This document shows positions 42,872-53,598 of a stretch of 64,000 nucleotides of DNA, one piece after another. The stretch comes from Candidatus Magasanikiibacteriota bacterium. Its GTDB lineage: Bacteria > Patescibacteriota > Patescibacteriia > Magasanikbacterales > 2-02-FULL-50-9b. The translations under genes were made by a program, and so were the position numbers. The stretch covers positions 6,072-70,071 of the forward strand of contig JAHFHU010000001.1 in NCBI GenBank assembly GCA_023246755.1, in the 5' to 3' direction. The notes under the pieces are model-generated. The model ran no database searches. It was not told the origin of the DNA and saw only the letters and a list, made by a program, of their open reading frames with translations. The stretch's first letter is position 1. The number at the start of each line of letters is the position of its first letter.

Positions 42872-43774
42872 GTGTATACTCAAATCGACGCAAATAAACG
42901 GCGAACAACTGTTCTCATAACCATTTTTATCGCGCTGATCGTCGCGATGGGTTATGCGTACAGTCTCTACTCGGGAATCGATCCGTTCGTTGCGATGACG
43001 GCTGCGTTGATTTTTTCAACGGTGATGGCGCTTTTTAGTTATTACACAGGCGACAAAATCGCTCTCGCGACCGCAGGCGCGCAAGAGATCACCAAAAAAA
43101 CCAACCTGTATCTTTACAACATCGTTGAAAATTTATGCATCACCGCCGGCATGAAACCAACGCCGCGTGTTTACATCATCGATGATCCGGCGATCAACGC
43201 ATTTGCGACGGGTCGCGACCCCGAACATGCATCAATCGCCGTCACCACCGGCGCATTATCAAAATTAGAAAACGAAGAACTTGAGGGGGTGCTCGCACAC
43301 GAACTCTCACACATTAAAAATTACGACATCCGTCTGATGACGATTGTGATCGTTTTGTGTGGTGCAATCATGCTCATCACACACATGCTTCAATTTGGTG
43401 GTGCGGGCCGCTCACGATCGAATGACGATGAAAAAAGCGGTCTTGGCAGCGTCCTCGCAATTCTTGGAATTGTCGTGATCATCCTCTCGCCGATCATCGC
43501 CGAACTCATCAAGCTCGCAATTTCTCGTCGTCGCGAATTTTTAGCGGATGCCTCTGGCGCGCTCCTCACCCGCTATCCCGAAGGCCTTGCACGCGCCCTT
43601 GAAAAAATTCGCGACACGAATCAACCGATGTCAAGCGCAAATCAAGCAACCGCGCATCTGTACCTCGACAATCCATTTCGTGCTGCGGGTTCAAAAATTT
43701 CAAATCTTTTTTCAACACATCCACCGCTCGACGAGCGCATCAAAGCGTTGCGCAACATGGGTCAAGCAAAATAA
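42872..43774 (+). CDS. htpX: M48-family zinc metalloprotease (HtpX-like)
   Basis: HExxH 'HELSHIKNYD', TM helices; classic LemA-M48 gene pair. Confidence 0.85.
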   Translation: MYTQIDANKRRTTVLITIFIALIVAMGYAYSLYSGIDPFVAMTAALIFSTVMALFSYYTGDKIALATAGAQEITKKTNLYLYNIVENLCITAGMKPTPRVYIIDDPAINAFATGRDPEHASIAVTTGALSKLENEELEGVLAHELSHIKNYDIRLMTIVIVLCGAIMLITHMLQFGGAGRSRSNDDEKSGLGSVLAILGIVVIILSPIIAELIKLAISRRREFLADASGALLTRYPEGLARALEKIRDTNQPMSSANQATAHLYLDNPFRAAGSKISNLFSTHPPLDERIKALRNMGQAK

Positions 43775-43851
43775 AAACGCCGAGACCTTGCCTGCGCGTT
43801 GAAACGCAAGCAAAGCCTCGACGATGACGTTCGCCTCAATCTCACTCTGAG

Positions 43852-44049
43852 TTACGTCGTCAAACGAGCGCTGACAAATCCGATCAGAAAGCCGCAGACG
43901 ATGATCACCGCCCACCACCACGATGGCAGTTCTTTTTCAGAATCAATCGAACCCGTTTGACGCATCACCTCCTTCAGTCCAGCAGCGTTGTATGGCCCAA
44001 CCAAAGGCGGTTCACCATATTTTGAGGCATCTCCTTTCTTGCGCGACAT
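43852..44049 (-). CDS. questionable small C-terminally anchored membrane ORF
   Basis: 65 aa from MSRKKGDAS...; the longer annotated ORF overlaps the thrS 3' end. Confidence 0.2.
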   Translation of the reverse strand: MSRKKGDASKYGEPPLVGPYNAAGLKEVMRQTGSIDSEKELPSWWWAVIIVCGFLIGFVSARLTT

Positions 44050-44125
44050 TAAATCCTCCAATCTCCATAGCAAAGTAGGCCATGAAGGGAGAAAAATTGT
44101 ACTATTTTTTGAAATTCTCGTCAAC

Positions 44126-45934
44126 TTACATCGAACGTTCTCGCGAAATCTCCAAAAGCCACGCCTCACATTCTTCGGCGCGCATCACCTTCATTTCTTT
44201 GCTCCCGCGCGCACGAATTTGCCACGGCTCACCACTCATTTCTTTGTCGCCAAAAACAACCGAGAGCGGAATCTTTTCCGTTTCCGCACGACGAACTTTC
44301 GCACCAATCGTTGCAGCGTCGGCGTCAACTTCAACGCGCAAACCCGCAGCGCGCAACTGACGCGCGACTGCAAACGCGGCGTCTGCGTGCTTATCCGCAA
44401 CCGCAAGCAGCCGCACCTGCACCGGCGCAAGCCACACCGGAAACACACCCGCATAATGTTCGATAATCACACTCATAAACCGCTCAATTGAACCCATGAT
44501 CGCGCAATGGATCATCATAATCGGCTCTTTCTCGCCCGCTTCATTCACGCACGTCAACCCAAAATTGCGCGGTTGATTAAAATCCAGCTGAATTGTCGCA
44601 ACCTGCCACACACGACCGATCGAGTCTTTGGCCATAAAATCAATTTTCGGCCCGTAAAACGCCGCCTCACCAACGCCATCGATCCATTCAACTTTTTTAT
44701 CTTCCAAAATTTCGCGCAGCGCGGTTTCGGCTTTGTCCCAATCTTCGGGCGCACCCAAATATTTTTCCGCAGCCGATGGATCACGGCGCGACAAACGTGG
44801 TTTTAACTCGAAACCGAACGCCTGATAAAATTTTTGAATAATCTCCCACACAATTTCAGCCTCGCCCCGAACTTGCGACACGCGACAAAAAACGTGCGCA
44901 TCATCTTGCGTGATCGACAACACACGCGACAAACCGGACAACTCACCCGATTGCTCGTCGCGATACACCATCGTTGTTTCGGCAAAACGCACCGGCAATT
45001 CGCGATACGACCGCTGCTCGCTCGCATAAATTTGCGTGTGATGCGGACAGTTCATCGGCTTCATCGCAAACAAATGATCCTCGCGCGTTGTAATCTTAAA
45101 AAGATCCTGCGCATATTTTGCCCAATGCCCCGACGTTTCGTATAAATCTTTTTTTGTGATGTGCGGAATCGTCACACGCTCATAACCATGCGGCCGACGC
45201 AAACTCCACACAAAATCGTTGAGCAACTCGCGCATCACCGTCCCCTTCGGTGTCCAGAGTGGCAACCCGGGCCCCACCAAATCCGAAAATACAAACAAAC
45301 CGAGCTCACGCCCGAGTTTGCGGTGGTCGCGCTTTTCCGCCTCCTCTTGTTGGCGCACAAATTCTTCGAGCTCCGCGGCGCTCGCAAACGCCAACCCATA
45401 CACGCGGGTCAGCTGATCATTCTCCGCCTTCCCGCGCCAATATGCGCCCGCGAGTTTCGTCAATTTGAACGCGCCGATCTCTTTGGTCGACGCAACATGC
45501 GGCCCGCGACACAGATCAACAAAATCTCCGGTTTCATAAATGCTCGCGATCATCGGCGCGGCCGGATCAAAATCCTGCAACTCCTCATCTTTCAAATTCG
45601 TCGTGCCGCGCGATTTCAAATCGGAGAGCAATTCAACTTTATAGCCCTGCCCCCGACCACGAAAAAATTCAATCGCCTCGTCAATCGGCATCTCGCGGCG
45701 CGTAAACGCACTGCCGCGACCAACAATCTCACGCATCTTCGCCTCAACGAGCACCAAATCATCCGGCCCAAGCGGCGTCACCGTTTTCATGTCGTAATAA
45801 AAACCGTTCTCAATCACCGGTCCAACACCAAATTGCGTTCCCGGAAACAACTCAGCAACAGCCGCTGCCAAAACATGCGCGGTCGAGTGGCGCATCGCAT
45901 CAATCGGTTCAAAATCTTGTGGGAGTTTAGCCAT
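44126..45934 (-). CDS. thrS: threonyl-tRNA synthetase
   Basis: Start MAKLPQDF; 'RHSTAHVLAAAV' (editing/second additional domain), class II motifs, anticodon-binding C-terminus. Confidence 0.95.
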   Translation of the reverse strand: MAKLPQDFEPIDAMRHSTAHVLAAAVAELFPGTQFGVGPVIENGFYYDMKTVTPLGPDDLVLVEAKMREIVGRGSAFTRREMPIDEAIEFFRGRGQGYKVELLSDLKSRGTTNLKDEELQDFDPAAPMIASIYETGDFVDLCRGPHVASTKEIGAFKLTKLAGAYWRGKAENDQLTRVYGLAFASAAELEEFVRQQEEAEKRDHRKLGRELGLFVFSDLVGPGLPLWTPKGTVMRELLNDFVWSLRRPHGYERVTIPHITKKDLYETSGHWAKYAQDLFKITTREDHLFAMKPMNCPHHTQIYASEQRSYRELPVRFAETTMVYRDEQSGELSGLSRVLSITQDDAHVFCRVSQVRGEAEIVWEIIQKFYQAFGFELKPRLSRRDPSAAEKYLGAPEDWDKAETALREILEDKKVEWIDGVGEAAFYGPKIDFMAKDSIGRVWQVATIQLDFNQPRNFGLTCVNEAGEKEPIMMIHCAIMGSIERFMSVIIEHYAGVFPVWLAPVQVRLLAVADKHADAAFAVARQLRAAGLRVEVDADAATIGAKVRRAETEKIPLSVVFGDKEMSGEPWQIRARGSKEMKVMRAEECEAWLLEISRERSM

Positions 45935-45999
45935 ACAAAAACGCAAATAGCGTGAGGTTAAGTCACGCTATTGTACGAGTTTTTTATGTCTGCTGTCAA

Positions 46000-48900
46000 T
46001 TACGAACCGACCTCATCTTTTTTCTTGAGTTCAGCAACGTCCTCGTTCACACGATCAACTACATTTTGGCGATCTGCGTCATTAGGCAACTTTAACGCGC
46101 GGACCTCTGTTCGAGCGGCCACGTCCGGAGAAAGCCCTTCAAGAAGTTTTTTTATTCGACGCTCAACGCCAATCTGCGTTCTGTCGCGAGCACCCTTCAT
46201 GATATCTGATTTAAGAAAGGCATCATCATAGGCTACGTGAAGTAATTTTCCATCCTTTTTCGGCATTGCTTGAATATGAGACGCTAACCTACCAATTAAA
46301 TTCGCTTTACCGATGGTAAATCCGTCAAACGCCGCTTCTGAAGAGGTGAGATTAAACCGCACACTGCTCGGATTATCTTGCCATCGCCCGATCGATTCCT
46401 CTGGTTTTTCAGTCGCCGATATTTCAGCCGCGACATCTGTCACAGGAGCAACAGGCGCCGCCTTTGGACCTAATTCGATTACCGCCGCGCTGATGTCATC
46501 TGGTTTGCTTCGGAAGGATTTTTCTTTGCTCCGTGCCGCGGCCTCCTCAACAAGTGCTCGAGCCGGATCAGCGCTATTATCGATAACCGTTTCAATAATC
46601 TCAAAATCAGTTAAATTGTCGCCAACGCCATCGGTCATGAGCAAGAGACGGGAAACACCCGCAGGTAATTCGATAATTCGGATATTTGGCGCAAAATTAT
46701 TACCCGAACGCCCACTCTTACCACTTCCAATACCCAAATAACTCCCAATCACATTACGTACGCCCCATGCATCTTCCACCTCCTCAGAAAGGAGATCGCC
46801 CGAAGATGACGCGGTTCGCATACGCTGTTCAATCGCCCACTTCGCTGAAATTTCACTTGCAGGTGTTGTGCGAGTAATCAAATCTGACGTGAGTGGTGTT
46901 AATCTGTTTTTGTCATCGAGCACATACACGCGCGAGTCACCGACAGCCGCAACTGCTGCATACGCCTTATTATTCTCCATAAACGGAATTGCGATCGCCG
47001 CCGTTGTTCCGCCCTGTGGTAAGCCCGCATTTCTCAAATTATCAACAACTTCAGCCTGAACATCAGCGAACGCCTGATCAAGCGCAGCAGAAAGCTCCTT
47101 GGCTGACCCGCCGCGCGCAACAACATCGCGCAGACCGGCTGCTCGTTTCTGAAATGCCTCTGCTGCAAATGTCGACGCCTCTTTACCACCGGCGTACCCA
47201 CCCATACCATCAAACATGCCATAAACTTCATTCGCGCGATCAATGAACTGACTATCTTCGTTCTTACCCTTTCCTTTTGTCGAATCAGTATGTTCAAATA
47301 CTTGGCGCACCAAAATTTCACCCTCACCCGGCCCTCTCGTTTCAACCAAATCCGGAACAATTGGTTTAATTTCAGGCTTTAATTTTGTTTGTGCGTCCGG
47401 CGCAGCGCGCTCCGCAGCAAGTGCCGCCTCTCTCGCCGACACTGCCGCACGACGCTGACGTGCAATCTCTCCTTCACCCGGAACGCGGTACATCGATTCG
47501 CGCAATTCGTTGGTTATCGCATCAACATTCGTACCCCCAACAATAACGCGATACATCACCCGTTCGCCGGTTTCCCGCGCAACGTGTTGGATCAGTTTTT
47601 CAATATTTTTTGTGAAAAACGCTACCGCATCGTCGGTTGTTTTGATTTCTGCGCGACCCTCAACTTTTTTGCCAATCATTCTCTGAACATAACTCTCATC
47701 AAGCACATACACAACTGGCTCTTGCGTTCCTGTCTGGGTTCCTGCAGCTAATCGTGCAACTTCCATCTGCTTAAATTGATTTCCATCAAATTCACCAACG
47801 CCAACTAACTGTTGACGAACAGGTAGCGCTTCAATCCGTTCTCCACGAAGTGCTAGCACTTGATACTCTTTTTCCGGCGGTGCATCGGGTGGAGTCACCA
47901 CAACGCCGTTGCGCAAACTTTTTTCAGATACGAATTTAACAGCAACTCCATACGCCGCAAACTTTTTCGTGAATTCTGGGCCGAACACTTGAGCCACCAG
48001 CTGTTCCGTTGTCTGATGTTTTGCAAGTGACGCAGCGCTCACCGCAATCATTAACAGTTCCGGACGTGGCTTTGCAACCGCAAGACGTTGTTCAAATTCA
48101 TCAATCGAGTGAACGCCGCCATGAACACCCTCAAAAGAAAAGCCGCCATCTTGTGCACCCTGCCCAGATTCTGCGATATTGAAAACAAATCCGTCACCCC
48201 ATTTGAGCGGCTCACGAATTTCTCGAGCGCGCGCTTCCGTCAATTTTTCACGAATTATCTCCGGATCATTGGACGACAGTGGATTATCTTTGTTGCTTGC
48301 CACATACGAATCAACTGCCCCATCCATCCATTTTTTGAACTGCGCGTCTTCCACATATTGACGCCCTGTCTGCTCATGTTTCCCACTCAAAACCGTATCA
48401 AAATCAGCGCTTTCAACTAATTTACGGCTCAACTCCTCTTGCGCCTTAAACATTTCTGGCGTTAAGGGGCCACGAGGCGTGCGCTCACCTTTTTGTTTGC
48501 TCTGTTCATCAAGTTTTGGAACTTCCATCGGATCACGCGGCGTCCACGGAATCGGAAAAATAAACGGAATGTCATCACTACCACTCGTTGGAGCTGACGG
48601 AATCGTCGCCGGGGTCTCTTGCCAATCATAAAAGTCTTGCGTCACATCCTTATTCGAGTGCATCAAACGGAACAAACTCGATCTGTGCGCGACAACGCCC
48701 GCGCCGTCGCCATGACGTGTAGCGGTAGCGAGTGTGTGATAGCCCGCGCCGTCGTCAGACGGAATAACTGCTTCAACCGTTGCTTTCAAATCTCCGTGAT
48801 CATCAAACAACACGTTGTACAGCTCGTCACCCGGCTTGATATTGAGCACGCCATCCGGGCCAACCGGCAACTCAAAACTTTCGCCCGAATGCCAATAATT

Positions 48901-51900
48901 TTGACCGACGAACACACGCAACCGAAATTTCGATGCGGCCTCCGCAAACGCTTTGCTCTCAACTTTGTTACTAATGTCACCAAATTTATTATCGATCGAG
49001 CCGTCAGAATTCACTTTGCCCCCAATTGCATTTTTGATCATTTCCTTGATCGACAATGTTCGCGCGCTCGACGTGCCATCGAGTTTCAACTGCAATTCTT
49101 TGCCGTCAGCACCGACCCAACGCCCACCAACATGCTCAACCTTAAAATGTGGATCAGCTTCGTATTGATGGAGATATTTTGGATCAGGCCACGAATCAAC
49201 TTTAAACGAGTGCGGCCCCAGCGTATTTGGACCCTTTGGCATCGGAAGATCACCGGTTTTGTCCGTCACCACCCAATGTGCACCAACTTTGTGCATCGGA
49301 GTTCCGTTGCTGTGCCAATCGAGGCGATGTGCTTTCGATTGACCCATGTGTTCGCGCAAAAACTTCGTGAGCCCATCTCTCGTGTACGACGTCTTATCGA
49401 TGTGGACTTCCTCACGCAACATCCAACCGTGCTGTCGCAACAATGCTGCAGAAGCTGGCAACAATTTTCCATCCGGACCGACTTGAATTCCGCCTTCAAT
49501 CAACCTACCTGTTTTATCGGTAATATCAAATGTTCCGTCAACGTTTGGCTTAATATCCATGTTGTCCGGAATCTCAAAATTATTGGTCACCGCATGATTT
49601 CCAAACTCAACAGGTCGCAAAGTCCCTGAAAATTGATGCCCGGGGACATTTTGGGTTACATGTTCGATGTGACCGCCCCACTCGCTCATCGCATCTGCTT
49701 CTAATACTTTTCCATCCGGAGTCATGTGAAAAAGCGGGCTCACCGGCTTGCCAAAAAGCGTACAAATCCGCCCGCCACCATGTCCGTCAGAAACAAAGAT
49801 TCGGTCGCTTGGCAATCGAAGTATCCCTTTTTCAAACGGAACTTCATGAACACCACGCGGCGCATCCATAAACGAAAACAGTCCACCATGAACAGCAGCA
49901 GGTGCCGCCGGTGGCATCTCTGGCCCACCAAAATTAAATCCGAGCAACCGTTTTGTTGCGGACCATGTGTTACTTGCCCCGTTCAGAACGTAATTACCCG
50001 CAGCTTCTAACTGGTCATGAAACACATGACGCGCTCCCCACATCAACGCACCTGATGCCAAACCAATACTGCCCCCAATAAGTGCCTTGCGATTACTATT
50101 TTTGCTTAAATATTCAGCAAATGCGGTATCGCGCGCCGCAATATCATCAAGAATTTTTTGTTTTTCCGCATCAACTCGGCCCGCAAGCGATGGGTCTTTC
50201 ATCAAATTTGATTCACGGCCCAGTCGCTGAAACTGTCGTTTAATATCATCGATCGCATTCGCGAGCGATAAATCGCGCTCACCCTCTTCGGCGCTCACAT
50301 TAATCGTATCTTTTGCATGCTGCAAACGAACTTCGAGACGCGCATGTGTTTCCGCGATGAGCGTGAGTGCTGCCGCGCGCGCTTCTGGATTTGTTTCTTG
50401 ACCTGTGATCGCACGCAACTGTTCCAAAATTGTATCCGCATTTTTCATCTCTTGAACAAACTCGGACATTTTCTCCGCACGCGGACCACCCGGCGTTCGA
50501 CCAAGTGCGCGATCTCGCGCGACCATGCCACGATCTTGTTTCAACTCTTTGCTTGCACGAATTTTCGCAAACAACCCCGCAGCCAACGTTCCACCAACCA
50601 AACCCGCCGCAATTACCGCTGCAGGACCGCTCAAAACACCCGCACCCGCGATACCCATTGCCGCTGCACCCGTTGCTGCCCATCGAACGCCCGCGCGCGC
50701 TGCGATCGCACCAACAATACCCATCGTCACCGGATTTGCAACGACCGCACCGAGCACTTTGTTAACCGCCGTCGAACCCGTCATGTTTTGCAACCACGAA
50801 ACCGCGCGCTCGCCTCGGCTCATTTTTCCGGCTGGATCGCGCTCAACAACATCGCGCCCCCGTTTTGATAATTCAATATTCAAATCCAACTTGAGCATGC
50901 CTTTCACATAGCGCTTGATCGACTCCGGATCTTTCTCGCCATATTTTTCCTGCGCGGCCGTGATCATGTGGCTTACCTGCTCTTTATACGTCTCGGCCCA
51001 ATGAAACAAATTTGACGCATGCATTCGATTCTCTCGCTCGCTTGCCGTCGACCGACCGCCTTGCGCAAATTTTTTACCACCCATGAGCGGAATGATCTCT
51101 TCTTCAACACGTTTTTCAAATGCCGTTCGATCGCCGATGCCGCCGGTCGCATATTCAACAAACAACGCGCTCGCCGCATTGTTCAACGTTTCATCCGCGA
51201 CAAATTGATCGCCACGTTCTTCTTCATCATGAAGGTCGTCAGCAAAATGTCGGAGCACATCGTCAAATTGTGCGAGTGTCTCACGCGTGTGCGGGTCCGT
51301 CGACTCAACAGCACCACGACCAAACACGCGCGCTTCGAGCGACGCTTTCAAATTACGATTCGATTCAATCGCGTGGAGTGCATCGAGATAAAATTTCCGG
51401 CGATACGCATCTTCATTAATATGCGCAAACGCTTTTGAAAAAATTGCACCAACGCCTTTTCGATTCATGTACGCGCGCAACTTATTTTCCGCAACTAATT
51501 CCGCGAGCTGCTCGATCCACGCCGACAAATCAACGATACGAATATCCATTTTTTGCGGTTTGTTTTCGTAAATGCCCCCATGCATTTTCAATAAGTGCCG
51601 CAAACGCATCGTGCGCTCTTCTTCGGGCGTGATCGTATCCGCTTTATAACGCGAAGCTGGTTCGTTAACCCGAGGCGTTTCATCAATCGGCTGTGTGTTC
51701 ACCATGATCGGTTCAGGGCTGTTTTCGTTGGATGTGTTTTGTTGGACAGCTGCTGCTGCGGCTTCGGCAGCAGCCGCTTCCTGAGCTGCCTGCCGCGCGG
51801 CGAATGTTGCTAGTAAATCCGCGCGCGCCTGATCAGTATCTTTTTGGTCATTACCAGCTAATGGTTGCTCAGCTCGATCAGTCTTTTTAATTTTCTTCGG

Positions 51901-52317
51901 TTCGACAACTGGTTGTGGGTATCCATCCGGTCGCTTAATAAGATTGTGTTTCGGCTTCCGTGCACATCGTGTGAATGCGTCGAGATCAAGCTCTTTCGAC
52001 GCGAAAAAATCGACCCCGTTTGGAGCGGCTGTCGCGACAAGAATTTTTGGTTTTCCCCCGTCATCCGTTACACCAACGATACGCACGCCCTGATGCCACG
52101 ATCTATTTGAATAGAGATCGATCGCATCAAACAAGTTGAACGACATTTTTGCAAGAATTTCTTTGCCAGAATCCGTTACCTTCCCCTCAAGTTCACGCAT
52201 TTTATCCGCCGAAAATTTTGGAACAGGCATGAGATCGAGCGGCTTTCGATCTTGGTTTACAGGATCTGGTCGTTCTTGTGTTTTTGGTCTTCGATCTCCG
52301 TTTTTTGGTTCTCGCAT
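46000..52317 (-). CDS. giant (2105 aa) membrane-anchored multidomain protein with C-terminal PP2C-type Ser/Thr phosphatase domain
   Basis: Uninterrupted 6.3-kb ORF. About 4 TM helices (residues ~545-640 Gly/Ala-rich and ~765-785). C-terminal PPM motifs 'YGMFDGMGGYAGG', 'AAVGDSRVYVL', 'LLLMTDGVGDNL'. The remaining ~1700 aa have no recognisable domains. Confidence 0.8.
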   Translation of the reverse strand: MREPKNGDRRPKTQERPDPVNQDRKPLDLMPVPKFSADKMRELEGKVTDSGKEILAKMSFNLFDAIDLYSNRSWHQGVRIVGVTDDGGKPKILVATAAPNGVDFFASKELDLDAFTRCARKPKHNLIKRPDGYPQPVVEPKKIKKTDRAEQPLAGNDQKDTDQARADLLATFAARQAAQEAAAAEAAAAAVQQNTSNENSPEPIMVNTQPIDETPRVNEPASRYKADTITPEEERTMRLRHLLKMHGGIYENKPQKMDIRIVDLSAWIEQLAELVAENKLRAYMNRKGVGAIFSKAFAHINEDAYRRKFYLDALHAIESNRNLKASLEARVFGRGAVESTDPHTRETLAQFDDVLRHFADDLHDEEERGDQFVADETLNNAASALFVEYATGGIGDRTAFEKRVEEEIIPLMGGKKFAQGGRSTASERENRMHASNLFHWAETYKEQVSHMITAAQEKYGEKDPESIKRYVKGMLKLDLNIELSKRGRDVVERDPAGKMSRGERAVSWLQNMTGSTAVNKVLGAVVANPVTMGIVGAIAARAGVRWAATGAAAMGIAGAGVLSGPAAVIAAGLVGGTLAAGLFAKIRASKELKQDRGMVARDRALGRTPGGPRAEKMSEFVQEMKNADTILEQLRAITGQETNPEARAAALTLIAETHARLEVRLQHAKDTINVSAEEGERDLSLANAIDDIKRQFQRLGRESNLMKDPSLAGRVDAEKQKILDDIAARDTAFAEYLSKNSNRKALIGGSIGLASGALMWGARHVFHDQLEAAGNYVLNGASNTWSATKRLLGFNFGGPEMPPAAPAAVHGGLFSFMDAPRGVHEVPFEKGILRLPSDRIFVSDGHGGGRICTLFGKPVSPLFHMTPDGKVLEADAMSEWGGHIEHVTQNVPGHQFSGTLRPVEFGNHAVTNNFEIPDNMDIKPNVDGTFDITDKTGRLIEGGIQVGPDGKLLPASAALLRQHGWMLREEVHIDKTSYTRDGLTKFLREHMGQSKAHRLDWHSNGTPMHKVGAHWVVTDKTGDLPMPKGPNTLGPHSFKVDSWPDPKYLHQYEADPHFKVEHVGGRWVGADGKELQLKLDGTSSARTLSIKEMIKNAIGGKVNSDGSIDNKFGDISNKVESKAFAEAASKFRLRVFVGQNYWHSGESFELPVGPDGVLNIKPGDELYNVLFDDHGDLKATVEAVIPSDDGAGYHTLATATRHGDGAGVVAHRSSLFRLMHSNKDVTQDFYDWQETPATIPSAPTSGSDDIPFIFPIPWTPRDPMEVPKLDEQSKQKGERTPRGPLTPEMFKAQEELSRKLVESADFDTVLSGKHEQTGRQYVEDAQFKKWMDGAVDSYVASNKDNPLSSNDPEIIREKLTEARAREIREPLKWGDGFVFNIAESGQGAQDGGFSFEGVHGGVHSIDEFEQRLAVAKPRPELLMIAVSAASLAKHQTTEQLVAQVFGPEFTKKFAAYGVAVKFVSEKSLRNGVVVTPPDAPPEKEYQVLALRGERIEALPVRQQLVGVGEFDGNQFKQMEVARLAAGTQTGTQEPVVYVLDESYVQRMIGKKVEGRAEIKTTDDAVAFFTKNIEKLIQHVARETGERVMYRVIVGGTNVDAITNELRESMYRVPGEGEIARQRRAAVSAREAALAAERAAPDAQTKLKPEIKPIVPDLVETRGPGEGEILVRQVFEHTDSTKGKGKNEDSQFIDRANEVYGMFDGMGGYAGGKEASTFAAEAFQKRAAGLRDVVARGGSAKELSAALDQAFADVQAEVVDNLRNAGLPQGGTTAAIAIPFMENNKAYAAVAAVGDSRVYVLDDKNRLTPLTSDLITRTTPASEISAKWAIEQRMRTASSSGDLLSEEVEDAWGVRNVIGSYLGIGSGKSGRSGNNFAPNIRIIELPAGVSRLLLMTDGVGDNLTDFEIIETVIDNSADPARALVEEAAARSKEKSFRSKPDDISAAVIELGPKAAPVAPVTDVAAEISATEKPEESIGRWQDNPSSVRFNLTSSEAAFDGFTIGKANLIGRLASHIQAMPKKDGKLLHVAYDDAFLKSDIMKGARDRTQIGVERRIKKLLEGLSPDVAARTEVRALKLPNDADRQNVVDRVNEDVAELKKKDEVGS

Positions 52318-52323
52318 AAAAAA

Positions 52324-52671
52324 TTAGTTGCTCGCGGCAGCGACAAACGTATCTTTAAAATTCAACATGGTTTGTGAAACAATCTCGACATTTCCCGGAA
52401 CGGCTAATTTCAAAAATCCGATGATTCGATCAGATGATGGGTTGGTTTCCATCATTTTTTCAAATTCATCGAACTTCTGCTGGTCGAGTTTGTCGAGCAA
52501 ATCAAGGATAATCTGTTGTTGTAAACGTGCCGCAAGTTCGCTCATCATCGTCGTGCGAAGCTCCGGGTTCTGGGGTGCGATTCCCGCGTCCTCAAGCATA
52601 CGACTCAAAAAATGTTCGACTTCGGGCGGAATGATAATTGCATCTGGATGCGTTGTTAAAGGTGCTGTCAT
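52324..52671 (-). CDS. hypothetical 115-aa protein, likely co-transcribed with giant gene
   Basis: Start at MTAPLTTHP; stop lies 6 nt before the giant ORF start; extended -10 'tgtatactat' upstream on minus strand. Confidence 0.45.
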   Translation of the reverse strand: MTAPLTTHPDAIIIPPEVEHFLSRMLEDAGIAPQNPELRTTMMSELAARLQQQIILDLLDKLDQQKFDEFEKMMETNPSSDRIIGFLKLAVPGNVEIVSQTMLNFKDTFVAAASN

Positions 52672-52827
52672 ACAAAATAAAAATTTGTATATAGTATACA
52701 GTTTTTGACATAATTTTGCTCTGTGCATAACTTGACACGCTCGAACGCCCATGCTAAACTGCCGACATTAAATTCTCGTGGGAAATCGTGGGTCACACGG
52801 TTGCTTGTACCACACAAAAATCATTAT

Positions 52828-53514
52828 ATGGCCACCAAAGGCAAGACCTATCAGGCGTCAGCAAGTTTAGTCGACACAAAAAAAGTTTATTCCGTCGACG
52901 AGGCGCTCGAACTCATGGAAAAATTTCCAAAGCGCGCGTTTGACGAGACCGTCGAACTGCACATGCATCTCGGGATCGATCCAAAAAAAGGTGACCAGCA
53001 GGTGCGAACGACGCTCGTGCTCGCACATTCAGTCGGTAAGCCAAAGCGTATCATCGCATTTGTAACTGAAGGCGAAATGGCTGCCGCAAAAGAAGCGGGT
53101 GCAGATATCGTTGGTGGTGAAGATCTTGTTGAAGAAATTGTGAAGAGTGGAAAACTTGATTTTGATATCGCTGTCGCAACACCATCGATGATGCCGAAGC
53201 TTGCAAAACTTGCAAAGACTTTGGGCCCAAAAGGTTTGATGCCAAACCCAAAAACGGACACGGTTTCCGCGAACGTTACAAAAATGATCGGCGAACTTCG
53301 TCGCGGTAAGGTTGCGTTTAAAAATGATGACACGGCAAACGTGCACATCCCCGTCGGCAAACGTTCGCTTTCTGTTGAGCAGCTCAAAGAAAATATGGCG
53401 CTTGCAATCGAAGCGGTCAAACGCGCAAAACCAACGAGTTCAAAGGGTGTCTTCATCAAAAGCGCATTCATCGCAAGTACGATGAGCCCTGGAATCAAAA
53501 TTTCAATCGCATAA
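52828..53514 (+). CDS. rplA: 50S ribosomal protein L1
   Basis: Start MATKGKTYQA; 'AFVTEGEMAAAKEAGADIVGGEDL', 'LGPKGLMPNPKTDTV'. Confidence 0.95.
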   Translation: MATKGKTYQASASLVDTKKVYSVDEALELMEKFPKRAFDETVELHMHLGIDPKKGDQQVRTTLVLAHSVGKPKRIIAFVTEGEMAAAKEAGADIVGGEDLVEEIVKSGKLDFDIAVATPSMMPKLAKLAKTLGPKGLMPNPKTDTVSANVTKMIGELRRGKVAFKNDDTANVHIPVGKRSLSVEQLKENMALAIEAVKRAKPTSSKGVFIKSAFIASTMSPGIKISIA

Positions 53515-53526
53515 ACTGCACAATAA

Positions 53527-53598
53527 GATATCCTTCGTCTCGCGCGACCAAACCCACTGGGGTTCGGAAACCGCTCCACGGAGGATATTTTATTTTCC
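53527..53598 (+). terminator. long-range hairpin plus U-tract after rplA
   Basis: 'gatatccttcg' ... 'cggaggatat' enclosing about 40 nt, followed by 'tttattttcc'. Confidence 0.4.
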
